Positions 37,017-54,746 of a stretch of DNA of 64,000 nucleotides are shown here, one piece after another (position 1 is the first letter of the stretch; each line of letters opens with the position of its first letter). The position numbers and the translations under genes were made by a program. The stretch is from the human T2T-CHM13v2.0 reference genome, Homo sapiens. The notes under the pieces were generated by a model that worked only from the letters and a program-made list of their open reading frames with translations, made no database searches and was not told the origin of the DNA. Location: the NCBI RefSeq assembly GCF_009914755.1, contig NC_060931.1. The stretch is one strand, 5' to 3'.

Positions 37017-37674
37017 ATACCTTGAACCTAAGGGAAATTAAATTGCACATTTTCTGTTCCTGGCTAATCTTCTGAATAATGTACTGAACACAGTAGGAGT
37101 TAAGAATTAAAAATACCTGTCTGCAGTTTCAGAAACAATCACACACAAAATATTTGTTTATTTCCAGACTGATGAAAGACTGAATTTTTGGTCTCATGTA
37201 TTTACTGTATTGTTTCATATATTTATCTATATGCTTTGGCTGTATTAACTTGTTGAAATAGTTTGTGGTTCTTTATATTTAGCTTTTATAAATAATTGAA
37301 AATCTAATGAATGCTTACTTAATAACCAATCTAAACTGGGGACTTCAAACATAGGGAGTCAAGTAATCTGGTTGTGTAATAAATAAGCAAGTTGTTATCT
37401 TTCAGGCTGAGGGCATATCAACCAAGCTAAAAGACGTGTGTGTATTAAAAAAAAAAAAAAGTCTACCAAACCACCATATGATATCCAAGGTTAACTATAT
37501 AGGAGGTCTAATAACATTCAGAAGGTGCTAGATGAATATACCAAAAACATGCGGAATTAAATGATGAAAATTATTTACTGGCATTAGGACGGAATTTTTA
37601 ATGTCAAATTTTAAAAATGGCCCATTAAAGTCCCAGCTCATGACATCTAAGTATCTGAAGACCCACTACTATTC

Positions 37675-37984
<310 letters not shown>

Positions 37985-38191
37985 TAGTATTAAGTGATGC
38001 TTCTACTCTTGAGTTGCACCTCAGGATCTCAAGTTATTGGTTTGACCTTTAGGGAAAACAGTAACCGTAATAAAAAGATCACAATGTCTAAACATCTTGC
38101 AGTAATTCATTGTAAAAGTAGTAGGGTGAACTCTTACTATGCTTAAAATAACAGTTGATAGCCCCCCTCCACCTTTTTAAAAGATGCTTAT

Positions 38192-38497
<306 letters not shown>

Positions 38498-38512
38498 TTA
38501 TATTAAGTGGGG

Positions 38513-38808
38513 TGGGGGAAGGAGGGATGTATAGAAGTTGGTTAAATGGTACAACAGTAAAGTTAGAAGGAGTAAGTTCTACTATTTTACAGTACAGTAG
38601 GAAAATTATAGTTAATAATTTATATTGTATATTTCAAAATAGCCAGATTTGTAATGTTCCCAACACAAAGATGTTTGAGGTGATAGCTATTCCAACTACC
38701 CTGATTTGATCATTACACATGGTATACAATTATGAAAATATCACATGTGCCCCTAAAACATGCACAAATATTATCTATATCAATAAAAAGAAAGAAGTAA
38801 AGTGTTAC
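38513..38808 (+). mobile_element. L1MA-type 3' end fragment
   Basis: L1M 3'UTR motifs (TTTATATTGTATATTTCAAAATAGC, ACCCTGATTTGATCATTACACAT); 11-bp TSD ATTAAGTGGGG. Confidence 0.8.
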
Positions 38809-38842
38809 ATTAAGTGGGGAGTTTAGAAATAAAGCCTTCTCA

Positions 38843-38964
38843 GGCTGGGCACGGTGGTTCACGCCTGTAATCCCAGCACTTTGGGAGGCCAAGCGGGCAG
38901 ATCACAAGGTCAGGAGATCAAGACCATTCTGGCTAATACGGTGAAACCCCGTCTCTACTAAAAA
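38843..38964 (+). mobile_element. AluY left arm only, with TSD
   Basis: 17-bp TSD AGAAATAAAGCCTTCTC at 38825-38841 and 38965-38981. Confidence 0.9.
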
Positions 38965-39538
38965 AGAAATAAAGCCTTCTCTCTCTCAACAAATCTAAAC
39001 ACTCCTAAGAAGAGATACTTTCTGGGCTAACAAGACTTTACCTGTTTGACAAGAAAAGTTTAGGCCATCAGAATATTCTAATTTTCTTAAAAAGAAAAAT
39101 CCTCTTTCAGCGGTAGGTAGGTAAGATAAACTCCTAGAGTTCTGTAATTTGGTCACTTTTTTTTTTGGTTTAGGATTTAATGTTTGAAAAACACTTCTGC
39201 TAGAGAGGTTCTGCTTTTGACTTCTTAAAAGAACTAAGACCGGCCTTAAAGTTTATGCTGTAAACAGAAAAGCTAAAATGGGTATTAGACAGTATAACTG
39301 AGTTTACTCATAGCTAGGCTTCAAAGTGCCTGATTTCAAGGTGACTTGGAAATTTACTTTGTGTCTGCCCCTCATTTAAAAAATAAAGAAGCCAAGAAGC
39401 TGGTTTATTTCAATCTTTAGGCAACTCCTCTAGGCCAATGATTTTACAATCTAACATTCATTTATTATTCTAAGAATTATGTATATTATTAATAATATAC
39501 ACAAGGGTCAAATTTATTTGAATGTGGAATTTTAAATA

Positions 39539-40357
<819 letters not shown>

Positions 40358-42039
40358 TATATGCTTGGAGTTACCGCAAAAGGAAACTGATCCAGGACAC
40401 TTTATTTTTAAAGCTGAGAATGAATCATGATACCAAAATTAGAGAAGTATTAGTGTTGAAGCTTTAAATAAGTTTTACTAAGAAAAATTAACACATGTTC
40501 CCAGAGCCAATCCTAAATATCACCCAGTAGGAACACTAAAGATTGAGGGTGAGTTCAGTGGAATTTAAATTTTCATAGCAACCTGCAGCAAACATCAACT
40601 TAATTTGTCCTGAAGTCTATGTTAAAATGCATGCCTGCATCCCAGAAATGAGGCCTTCTCGTCCCAGGTAATCAGAGTCACTTCAAAGATAACTTTTGAA
40701 TTACGGAAGAAATGGTTCATGGCAATAGTACCTCCAAACTTCTCAGGTCGGATGTCTAATATTACAGTAACACTCCCCCAAAAAGAAATGAAAATATAAT
40801 GTCTTTGCACTGTTGCTTTCCACAGACATTTTAGAGAAGCAATCCATTCCATATATCAGTGTTATCAATGTAGCATTTGCAAATTAAATACCTGGGAATG
40901 AGGGGTTTGTCAAAAATGCAGATTTTTATTAAATAGTGCAGCATATGGTTCTTCAAAAATTGCTACACTGTAAGAAAATTATGAATGATGACATCTAACA
41001 TCTTGTTTCTGGGACCTGTGGGTAAGAAGCCTAAGAGTATTTTAATAAGTTTCAGAAATGATTATGGTGATCAAACCGGCTTGGGAACTACCAACTTGCA
41101 GCATTTTAATATGTCCATAGCAGGGAAACTTGTACTTTATGTAGTACCTACAACTACCACTTTGGAAATTTGTTGGTATCTATGTAACAGAATAAATCAA
41201 CTTATTTATTTTTGCAAAACTTAGAAGTGACTTTTAACTTGGTGCCAAATCTTTCCAAAGAATACAAACTTGCTTGCGTTGTGGAAGGGATTAATTAGCA
41301 CATTGATGGACTCAACTTTTTAAAAACAGGTATTAACATCATCATCTACTGTTAATTGTAAATCATTCAGAATCTCTGTGCAGACTGACATGTATTTTTA
41401 CCAGTGCCATTTTGGGCTACAAATCTGTTTAGTTCCTATGACTGTTGCTGCATGTTGGTAAGTGTTGATGTCTCTGCATCCATACTTGGAGGACAGTATC
41501 TATTCTTTTGAAATAAGATGCCAGAAAATCTACCTGAACTTTCATCCTGTAAATAAGGCCACTGAACTGTTAAGAAAGTGAACTGTGGGAAAGTTCTCTT
41601 CTTTGAAGTTCCCTTGAAGTTAAAGTACCTTTACAGTTGCAATGGACACATGAGTACCAGGGTATGTGTCATGTGGGATTGCTAGTCTTTCAAGATAATT
41701 GTGCCTGATGAAACCTAAGAGGAATATATGCCCAACTGTTTTCTTGGTATTATTTTTTCTTTACTAAGGATGGCTACGTTCTTGGACATTAATCATCATT
41801 AACTACAGAAATGCATCTCTAACCTTTCTTCTCTTTACAATCTAGGTTTAGGAGATATTTTGCAGATTTATACTTACACCAAAGACAACAGACCCAATTA
41901 ATTCAAAATTTACTTAAGCACTTACTATGTCCTAGGTACAAATGCAGGCACTACCCGTTTAACAATAAACTGAATCCTTTTATCTGAGGGAGACAATGCA
42001 AGTTAGATATTCTGCTCTTCAGGGGCTCATATTCTAGTG

Positions 42040-42610
42040 CTGGGGTCCCCAACACCCTCCCCTACCCCACCACACAACAGGAGGTGAGCTGTGGACAAGC
42101 ATTACCCCCACCCCCAAAGCTCTGTCTCCTGCCAATCAGCTGTGGCATTAGACTCTCATAGGAATGTGAACCTTCACATGTGAGGGATCTATGAATCTAA
42201 CTCCTTATGAATCTAACTCATGCCCGATGACCTGAGATAGGCACTTTGTCTCAAAAATAAAAAATAAAAGATGCTTATATTAAGTGGGGTGGGGGAAGGA
42301 GGGATGTATAGAAGTTGGTTAAGTGGTGCAAAAGTAAAGTTAGAAGGAATAAGTTCTACTATGTTACAGGAGTAGAATAAGGAGCGTGTGCCCCTAAATA
42401 TGCATAAATATTATCTCTATCAATGAAAAGAAAGAAGTAGAGTGTTACATAAAGTGGGGAGTTTAGAATCTCATGAATCTAACTAATGCCCGATGACCTG
42501 AGATGGAACAGTTTTATCCCAAAACCACCACCACCCCCACATCCCATCCATGGGAAAAAACTGTCTTCCACAAAACTGGTCCCTGGTGCCAAAAACGTTG
42601 GGGACTGCTG
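42040..42610. mobile_element. MER1B (opposite orientation to the 35.8-kb copy) carrying an internal templated insertion
   Basis: TIRs CTGGGGTCCCCAAC / GTTGGGGACTGCTG; perfect 8-bp TSD TTCTAGTG (42032-42039, 42611-42618). Confidence 0.9.
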
Positions 42611-42790
42611 TTCTAGTGGGTAAAGAGGCTATAAATAATTGTAATAAACTGCAGTTAAGCGCTATAATAGAGCTGGGGTACATGGAATTATAAAAAATAA
42701 GACTTATTGGAAAAAGATCAGAGAAGGCTACACAGAAAAACACTTGCATTCACAAAATAGACAGGGGTATTCTATGAAGAGATAATAGTA

Positions 42791-43117
42791 CAGGTTGCGT
42801 ATCACTTATCTGAAATGCTTGAGACCAAAAGTGCTCTGGATTTTGGAATATTTGCATATACATGAGATAGATATATTGGGGGTGGGATGCAAGTCTAAAC
42901 ATAAGCTCATTTATGTTTCATAAATGCTTCACCTTATGCACACTGCCTGAAGTAATTTTATACAATATTTTTAATATCTGTGCATGACACTAAGTTTTGA
43001 CTGTGACCTATCACATAAGGTCAAGTGTGGAATTTTCCACCTGTGGCATCATGTTGGTAGTTTCGAATTTTGGAACATTGCAGATTTTGGATTTTCAGAT
43101 TAGGGATGCTCAAACTG
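42791..43117. mobile_element. Tigger4 (Zombi/MER46) MITE
   Basis: TA-CAGGTTGCGTATCACTTATCTGAAATGCTTG ... TTCAGATTAGGGATGCTCAAACTG-TA. Confidence 0.85.
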
Positions 43118-43545
43118 TATTAATATGGCTGGAAGCAAAAGCAGCAGCAACTGGGTACTTCTGATTGGAAAAAAAGGCAAGAGGCAGATCATGGGATCCA
43201 TTAAAAGCTTTCAAGCAATATCAGATACACATTTAAGTAAAATCACTTTGAAGTGTTAACAGATGGATTAGAAAAATTAAAAGCCAGGGTAAGCTAGGAG
43301 GTTACTACACAGTTCTATACACAAACTCATGTATTTAGCAAATATTCAGAGTGAGTGACTGAATACACTTTTCCAGACCTGAATTAAAGTAGTGGCAGTG
43401 GGAGTGAAGACAACGAGGGGAGATAGGCCAAGAACTATAGTTAGAACAGACATTAGGGACATAAGGAACATGGGTATTAAAGAAAGGAAGATGATTCCTA
43501 GGCTTCTGATAATCTGAGACCATACTGTTTTCAGTTTGTATCCCA

Positions 43546-43832
43546 TTTTTTTTTTTTTTTGGACAGAGTATTGCTCTGTTGCCCAGGCTAGAGTGCAGTG
43601 GCATGATCTCAGCTCACTCCACCTCCTGGGTTCGAGCAATCTCCTGCCTCAGCCTCCCGAGTGGCTGGGATTACAGGCGCCCACCACCGCGCTCGGCTAA
43701 TTTCTGTATTTTTAGTAGAGACGGGGTTTCACCATCTTGGCCAGGCTGGTCTCGAACTCCTGACCTCATGATCCACCCACCTCGGCCTCCCAAAGTGCTG
43801 GGATTACAGGCATGAGCCACCAGGCCCGGCCA
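43546..43832 (-). mobile_element. AluS
   Basis: TSD CAGTTTGTATCCCATTTT. Confidence 0.92.
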
Positions 43833-44427
43833 GTTTGTATCCCATTTTTAAGTTAATATCCAAGCATCAGCCCATTCCCATTTTTTTGGTAACATACGCC
43901 TGCTATAGAAAATCCATCTGTAAGCCTATAACCCAAAAAGAAACCATTATTTCCTTTACCTATTTCTATGGAAACATACACAATATACAAAAGTCCTATA
44001 AATTGTGACCTATATTTATATTTTCACCATTTTTTTGTAATATGTGATGCTTTGAAATAACTCTTTGGAAACAATTTTAATTGCTATTTATGGACATATC
44101 CTAATTTAAATTTGTCAGAAATTCACAAGTCTTTTATACATTTTTGTATCCTTCTAAGACTAACTTGTCACAATTTAAAAGAATGCTGATGACTATTATT
44201 ATAAATCTATTTTTTTAACAGCTGAGAAAAGTAGTTTCATTTTAAAAACTGATTAAAGAATTGTCTTTGAGTTATGCTTTCCATGTTGGTAAAATCAGAC
44301 AGCCGAGATACATGAATTATTCCAAAACAATATTCCAAAATGAATGTTGGATAACTTTTCATTATTCTATAGCAAAGTGAGAATAAGAACAATGTAGCCA
44401 GGTTTTAAAAAGACACTTTTTAAATCA

Positions 44428-44766
<339 letters not shown>

Positions 44767-45619
44767 CTATTTTAAAACTCAGTATCTAATTGAATGCTAA
44801 TACTGAGTGAACTTAAAACTGACAACTATACTGGTTTCCATTCAATTCATTCAACAAATCCTAAAGTCTAGGAATTTGACTGGCTCTAAAACCCTTGGCA
44901 ACTCTCTTTAGTTTGCTTCTCATATACACTGGATCTCCATAAAAACTCTACCAAAAATCCCACAAGAGTTTCATAATTATTTTGCTTTGTTGACTCATAT
45001 CTTAGAGCTACATGGACATACATTATTTGGTCTATCCTAAAACTTTGAGAAAGTTATCCTATTTGAATTTCAGGAATACAGAATGTGAGCCTTTCCTTTC
45101 AACCATTTATTCTATATTATAAAGGATTCGGTGAGACACAAGACCTAGATTATGAAGCAAAGGGTTCTTTGATTCAAAAGGAACAAATCCAACCTGCTTG
45201 ATGTGAAGCTATCTAATCACTGGCTGCTATTACATAAGGGAGTTACTTAGGCACCTTGACAAAGATTATTATGATTAATAATTACCCTGTTCTTATAAGA
45301 ACACTTCTCCCAACCAGTTCAAAGCCTTCTGGTATACAATGCCTCCCTCGATACATACTAACAATATGAATGAATCCCTCCACCAAAATTAATTCCGCTA
45401 ATGAAAGAGAGGCTAGGTTGCAAAGGACATGTATAACCAAACTACTTTCAAATTCATACCTTTAAGTCCAAACGACCTGTGATGTCAAAACTCCTACTCC
45501 CTCAATCTAAAGAGGGTCTATTCCCTACATTTACCTTCATCTGAACATTACAGAGCCCCAAGTTTTCAAAAAGTTAGCTGGTCTGGTTGCAATTATTGAG
45601 TTATAAAGTACCAAATTTT

Positions 45620-45865
45620 GGCCAGGTGCGGTGGTTCACGCCTGTAATCCCAGCACTTTGGGAGGCCGAGGTGGGCGGATCACCTGAGGTCAGGAGTTCC
45701 ACACCAGCCTGGCCAACATGGTGAAACCCTGTCTCTACTAAAAATAAAAAATTAGCCAGGTGTGGTTGCAGGCACCTGTAGTTACAGCTACTCAGGAGGC
45801 TGAGGTTACTGTGAGCCGAGATTGCACCACTGTACTCCAGCCTGGGAGACAGAGTGAGATTCCGT
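45620..45865 (+). mobile_element. AluS with internal deletion
   Basis: Right arm shortened at GGAGGCTGAGGTT. Confidence 0.88.
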
Positions 45866-46392
45866 GCCCTCCCCCACAAAATCTTATTCTTTTCACTATG
45901 AATTTTAAGGAAATAAATTAAAACTCCATATATCAATGCTTAATTCTCTTCTTCCCATCCTCATGCCTCACCCCACAACTTGATTTTGAAATCTGGCTCC
46001 TTCATTTTGCTTTGTCAATTCATGTTTTAGAGTATTTTAATCTTCACACAAATTATAGTTATTTCATAAAAAAGGCAAGAAAAAATTTTTACTTTATTTG
46101 CAAATATAAAATGTATTCCACAAACATCTGACTTGTTCCATTGTTTTAGAAACAAATAAGACACAGCCTAAGTGACACTGGTTTTTTTAAATCCACTATG
46201 ATGAAGGCTGTTAGGAGGAAAAAGACTTCTATCTTAATTTTATGCATAGAAAACCAAATAGCCATTTTTTTCCCCACAAATGACCGATTTTACTGAGCAC
46301 ATATACAGGTAACTTAACCATGCATTTAAAGAGATTAATTTAAAAATACATGTTATGTTTTGATCTAGGCCTCTGACTAAACTACTGATTAG

Positions 46393-46734
<342 letters not shown>

Positions 46735-47528
46735 CACCAGTTTCTATTTAACTGGCAAAAAAAAAAAAAATTCAATTTGATTGGTTGTCAAAAAAGACAG
46801 AGATACACAAAAATACCTGTATGTCATCATCATTTTGATGGCATATAACTTCACCCTACAATCTTTTTCAATATGTTTTGTTTTGTTTTTAATTTCAGAG
46901 AAGGCTACTTGGACCTAAAGGAATGAATTAGGAAGCGGTCTACTACCAAAGTACAATGAAGGTCAGTTTTCTTCATACCTTAATATGAAAAACGTTTTAA
47001 AATGTCTCAATTTCCCTATGCTAACCTCTGGTCACAGAGGCTTGAGGGCTTCCTATAGTACCAAAGTATGACTTGCCAGTTAAAAAGAAAACGAATTCTT
47101 GCCCCCAGGGGTAAAGATAACAAATTTAGAACACTATGACATACATCTATTAATATTTGCAGAAGGAGTATATGTTGTTACATTAACATACAGAAATTGC
47201 ATAGTTGATCCAGAGGGAAGTCTGGAGAGTACAGGGATGGAAAAAAGGAGGAGGATGGAAAAGAATGGGAACTAAAACTTAGGTGACTACGTTAAGGATT
47301 ACCCATGAGAGCAAGACACAGGATAAAGTACTGAAAACAAAAAAAAAAACTTAATGTAACCACTTATTTGAATAAATTGATTCATATGAATCCAATTTGA
47401 TAGATAAAAAAAGATCAAATTTGATAATACCCAGGAAAATATAGTACCTATATCTGAGTTATCTCAATTTATCTCAACTACCTCATTGGCAAAAAGATTG
47501 TCTCTCCTATCACTAAAAACTAATTTCT

Positions 47529-48117
47529 TTTTTTTTTTAAAAGGGCTCAAGGGCAGTGACTGCCCCACTCCACCACAGAGTGGGAGAGGGCTGGACCCCA
47601 GTGCCACTTTCGGCCACCCCTGGGCCACACGGCCACCCCTATCCCTGGGACAGGGACTGCAGGGTCACACCCTCAAACAACCACGCCTCAGCCATACTCG
47701 CGCCACACTTTCCAAGCCTGTCCCAGACCAGGGACAAGCCCCTAGTAGGGTTGGGGGAGGAGACTAGAACTAGAGAGGTGGGACACCAAGCATGGGCACC
47801 CCTGCAACCTCGGCCACCCCCAGCATGGCACCATGCCCCTGAGCACCGCCAGCTTGGAAAGGCATCGGATGGAGACGGGCGCTTTTCGACGAGATACCCG
47901 CCACTTGCTCTGGGATCCCGGAGAGGGTGGGCAAGCGTGGACCAGGGAAGGAGGCCCCCAGGGGTGTTGGGAGGGAGTTTGAGAGGGAGGAAGTAAGAGA
48001 GACGGATGGCAACGGAGACGCCAGGCATGCGCGAGGGGGTGGACAAACCCTGTGTCCAGGGCTGACTTTGAATAGATGGCAGGGAGGGAGCTGCTCTGCT
48101 ATGTATGAAACCACGAC
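47529..48117 (-). pseudogene. Retrotransposed pre-rRNA fragment: last ~75 nt of 28S (48043-48117) + ~510 nt 3'ETS-like + A tail (SINE28-like)
   Basis: Minus strand reads GGTCGTGGTTTCATACATAGCAGAGCAGCTCCCTCCCTGCCATCTATTCAAAGTCAGCCCTGGACACAGGGTTTGT = 28S 3' end; perfect 16-bp TSD CTAAAAACTAATTTCT at 47513-47528 and 48118-48133; poly-T at 47529-47538. Confidence 0.92.
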
Positions 48118-48491
48118 CTAAAAACTAATTTCTGTAAGATACACCATAAAGGTAAAAATAATGCAAGTGTTCAGCTGACAGTAAGTATAAATGGTACTCA
48201 TTTTCATTCTTAGCTGGTTCTGACCTTTAGCGATCCATAGAAAGTACATTCATGAAAATAACCAGTTTTAAGCACACAAACAATAAAAGCATATACACTT
48301 GATATAAAATGGCCGTAAGTCAAGTATTTTCAAAATGTTTGATTTCAGAACCTTTGATGGTTCATTAAGATAGCATAAAAACAACCTTCAGAAGAAAGGA
48401 ATAAGCTGATATACCCAGCATCATATCTGATGACACCTTACAACTCAAACAGGGCTTAGACATTTTTATCTTTTTTAAAAATGCACTCTTA

Positions 48492-48780
48492 TAGCCTGGT
48501 GTGGTGGCTTATGCCTGTAATCCCAATACTTTGGGAGGTCAAGGCAGGAAAACTGCTTCAGGCCAGCCTGGGCAACACAGCAAGACCCCACCTCTACAAA
48601 AATTCTTTTAAAAATTAGCCAGGCTTGGTGGCACATGCCTTTCCTAGCTACTGGAGACGATGACGGTGGAGGATGGCTTGAACCCAGGAGCTCTATGTTA
48701 CAATGAGCTATGACTGCCCTGCCACTGAACTCTAGCCTGGGCCACAGAGTGAGATACGGTTTCTAGAACAAACACAAAAA
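48492..48780 (+). mobile_element. AluJ
   Basis: Highly diverged dimer. Confidence 0.85.
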
Positions 48781-49999
48781 AGCACTGTGAAATTTATGAA
48801 AATTTATGTTTTAATTTTGAATGTTGTATTTTAGTGACGGGCTTCTTTCATAAAGTAGAACTACCATGTTAAGTACCAACGAAGCTGATAAAATGATGAG
48901 AGATGTCGATAAATATTTTTTAACTTAAAAGCCACTAAATCAAACGTTTGCTTTTTAAAATTTCAAGGGTGATGGAATTAAAGTGATCAGAATGTATAAT
49001 ATGGACATTTGCCCAGGCAAAAAATGTTATTAAAGCAAAACATGAACCAGCCATACATGGAAAAGAAAGGGCAGAAAAAGACAAGACAGCATACTGTATT
49101 TTTCCTCTTAAAATTCAATGTTACAATTAAATGATTGTTATCTGAGAATAAGTTAGCTTCAGCTTTCTAATCGATGTGTTCCCACATCTACAAATTGATA
49201 TGAAAAATTATTTTGAAATGCACACTGCAAAATGGTGAGAATATGAAAGTTACCTGGGAATTAAATCAGAACTGTCTCCATATGACTATTTCCAAGTCAC
49301 AATCATAACTTTCTTAATAGCAATGGTTATATATGTGGCCAGATAGTATTCAGTTTCACAGTAATGTCTTGGTCACATAAAGATAGCAAAGCATAGACAT
49401 AGTACAACAATTTATTATTTCTGCTGATTGCCAAATGTGCATAAAACTATAAAGATATATTTTCCAGCCCAGGTGACAGAGACCCTGTATCCAAAAAAAA
49501 AAAAAAAAAAAATTTTGCATGAGTATAATGAATTTAAGATGTCCAAACATCAACAAAAATGCTAACCTAAAATTTGAAGCATTTTAATAAAAGTTTTTGG
49601 GGCCTAGAATAAGAAATAACAGAATAATAATATTAAGAATAAGTATCAGTTGTCAAGATGTATTTCCTGATACAACAGCAAAATTTGTGGTAAATTCTGG
49701 CTTTTGCTATAGATACAGGTATAGACATAGATTGCCAGTGTTACATGGATTCTCAGCATAAAACTAAAACTTCAAGAACTCTCTAAGTCCGTGTTTATTA
49801 ATAGCAATGACAACCAATTATCCAATATCTAATGCTGTCAGGTAGCAAGCTACACATTTGTAGATAATCAAACAATTTACAGATAAGGAAACAGTTCAGT
49901 GAAGTAATAAGATCATGCAGCCTGTAGTAGGTGAGTGTACTGGGAAAGGAAGTCTGACACTTAAAACTCATGCTTGCTCCTAATTTCATTTCATTTCTT

Positions 50000-50286
50000 T
50001 TCTTTGGAGACAGGGTCTTGCCCTGTTGCCCAAGCTGGAGTGCAGTGGCGTGATCACAACTCACTACAACCTCTGCCTCCCAGGTTCAAGAGATCCGCTT
50101 GCTTCAGCCTCCCAAAGTGCTGGGATTACAGGAGCATGCCAGCACGCCAAGCTAATTTTTGTATTTTTAGTAGACACGGGGTTTCACGATGTTGCCCAGG
50201 CTGATTCTGAGCTCCTAGACTCAAGGGATCCACCCACCTCTGCCTCCTAAAGTGCTAGGATTAGTCATGAGCCACTGTGCCAGGCC
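50000..50286 (-). mobile_element. AluJ
   Basis: Diverged dimer. Confidence 0.88.
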
Positions 50287-51563
50287 AATCTCTTTTTATG
50301 TACAACAAGGAAGAAAAAAATGTAAGAATCAAGTACTTTTTCTAATCTTGATTCCATCCAAGTTAGATTAGAAATGAGATCTTATAACCCAGTATACAAC
50401 AGACTCTTTACTGACTGTCCTATTTTCAACTTAGAGGTAGAACAGCAATATTTAGGGGTTCAGGCCTGGCTCTGTCCCCCATTACACTGCGACTCAGTCA
50501 GTCATTTCCCTGAGACTGTTTCCTTAAATATAAAAGAAACAAAATAGAGAAAGTAGTGGCCTAAGACTCACAGAAAAAAAGACTCCAAATTAAAAATAAA
50601 ATAAAATTATGTGGTCCAATCCGCCCCCTTTCCAGTCTCATCTCTCAATGTACTAGGTCACACAAGCCCAGTGAAATTGGTTTACTTAAAACATTGTCTC
50701 TGTTACTGTTTTATGCCTTTACACATAAAACCATGCTGACTGCAAATATGTTGTACTCTACTGCCCCACCCTTTCCCTAATGAAACCCAGAACTATCTGC
50801 CTCCTAATCCAAAAATTCTATTTCCTCTGTGAAACACATTACCCCATGAACTGGGATATCTGGCTGAATGCTTACAGTACTTGGTTACTTACTGATGTGG
50901 CTTAATCCCAAACTAGATTATAAATGAATAGAGTAGGGACTAGTCCTTCTAGCTTGCAACAAAATAGATACATGTTTTTGAAAAGTGTGGGAAAACCCTC
51001 TGAAGTCTTACAAGATGATGGTATAGAATCAACCAGACCATTTGCATCAAATTTTATATTCAAGGGACTTTCTATTGTAATAAACACATACTATGGGCAA
51101 CATTTTCAGGCATCTGGCATCAAAGCAGATTATCTATTCATTTGTGCAACAAAACTGCATGCCTATTACATGCCAGGAACTGTGCACTTCAGCCATAAAG
51201 ATGAAAAACATTGTGTCTATCAAGATCTCATATACTAATGGAAAAGAGGAACATGAACATGACAGCATGATAGGAACACATGTTAACAAATAGAAGGGAA
51301 TGTCTTATTTTCTGGACCAAAAAAAATTGGGATTACAAATCAATAATTGCTCCTGAAAGGTTTTATATCTAATTTAATTCTTAACGCCATTATATAGTTA
51401 ATATTTTACCTGCTGTATGGATTATAAAACTGAGTCCCAGAAAGCAAACTACCTAAAAGTCTTCCTTGAAGTGGAAGTGGTATTCAAACTTGGATTATTC
51501 TAGTTCCAAGCAGCGTTCATGATGTTCCTAACACTTTGGGAGGTTAAAGCAGGGGTCAGATGA

Positions 51564-52574
<1,011 letters not shown>

Positions 52575-52651
52575 AAGAGGATGTATTCTTAGGAATCAAA
52601 TGCTATGGGTTATATAAGACCACCTGGAGCTCATAAAAATACAGAACTTTT

Positions 52652-52964
<313 letters not shown>

Positions 52965-53632
52965 TTATAAATGCAAATAACTGCATATGTTTCTTATTCC
53001 TCAGAAAAATAAAACTTACCTACATGGGCAGAGTTTGTGGAGAAAGGGAACTAGTTAACTTTTAGATACTTTCAGATGAACCCTTGACTCGATGTCATTT
53101 GTAAAACCTTTTTCAGTCATTTAACTTCTAAAAGAATGCTTCAATCAAAGCTATCTAATGTGTCCTCTTACCCTTTTGACTTCCATTTGCCCTTTCACTG
53201 GCCATAAAGTAGGAGCATGGAATAGAACAAAGAGAGTCGCTACAGAATGTCTGTTGTATAGATGTGGTCAGATAAGCTGTGCTTGGGACATGGGAGAGAT
53301 GCCTAGACTACCACAATATTGTTATCAAATGAACCAGAGAATAGTGAATATTTTTGTTGCCTTTTCAAGTTTTTCATAGAATGAGGAAAATTAATTGAAC
53401 ATTACTTATTTAAGTAAGTGTTCTTCAGGAATGAAGTATCGCCTTAGCACAGCCTTCCTTCATGAAAAATTTAAATACTAGAGATAAGACTAAACTTGAG
53501 GAACAGGTTCTCTCTTAACCTAACAACATTAAAGCTTGTCAGAAATCCAATAGGGGCCAGGCACTGGGCATAATGTACAGGCAATTATGTGTGATGAAGA
53601 GGTGCACAGGCTTTACAGTACAGTATATTCAC

Positions 53633-54746
<1,114 letters not shown>

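Noticed and set aside
45270-45560. A/C-skewed stretch resembling mitochondrial DNA
   Set aside because: No mitochondrial gene motif recognised; a BLAST against mtDNA would be needed
47486-48121. ORFs of 64-146 aa on both strands
   Set aside because: By-product of the GC-rich rDNA-derived insert
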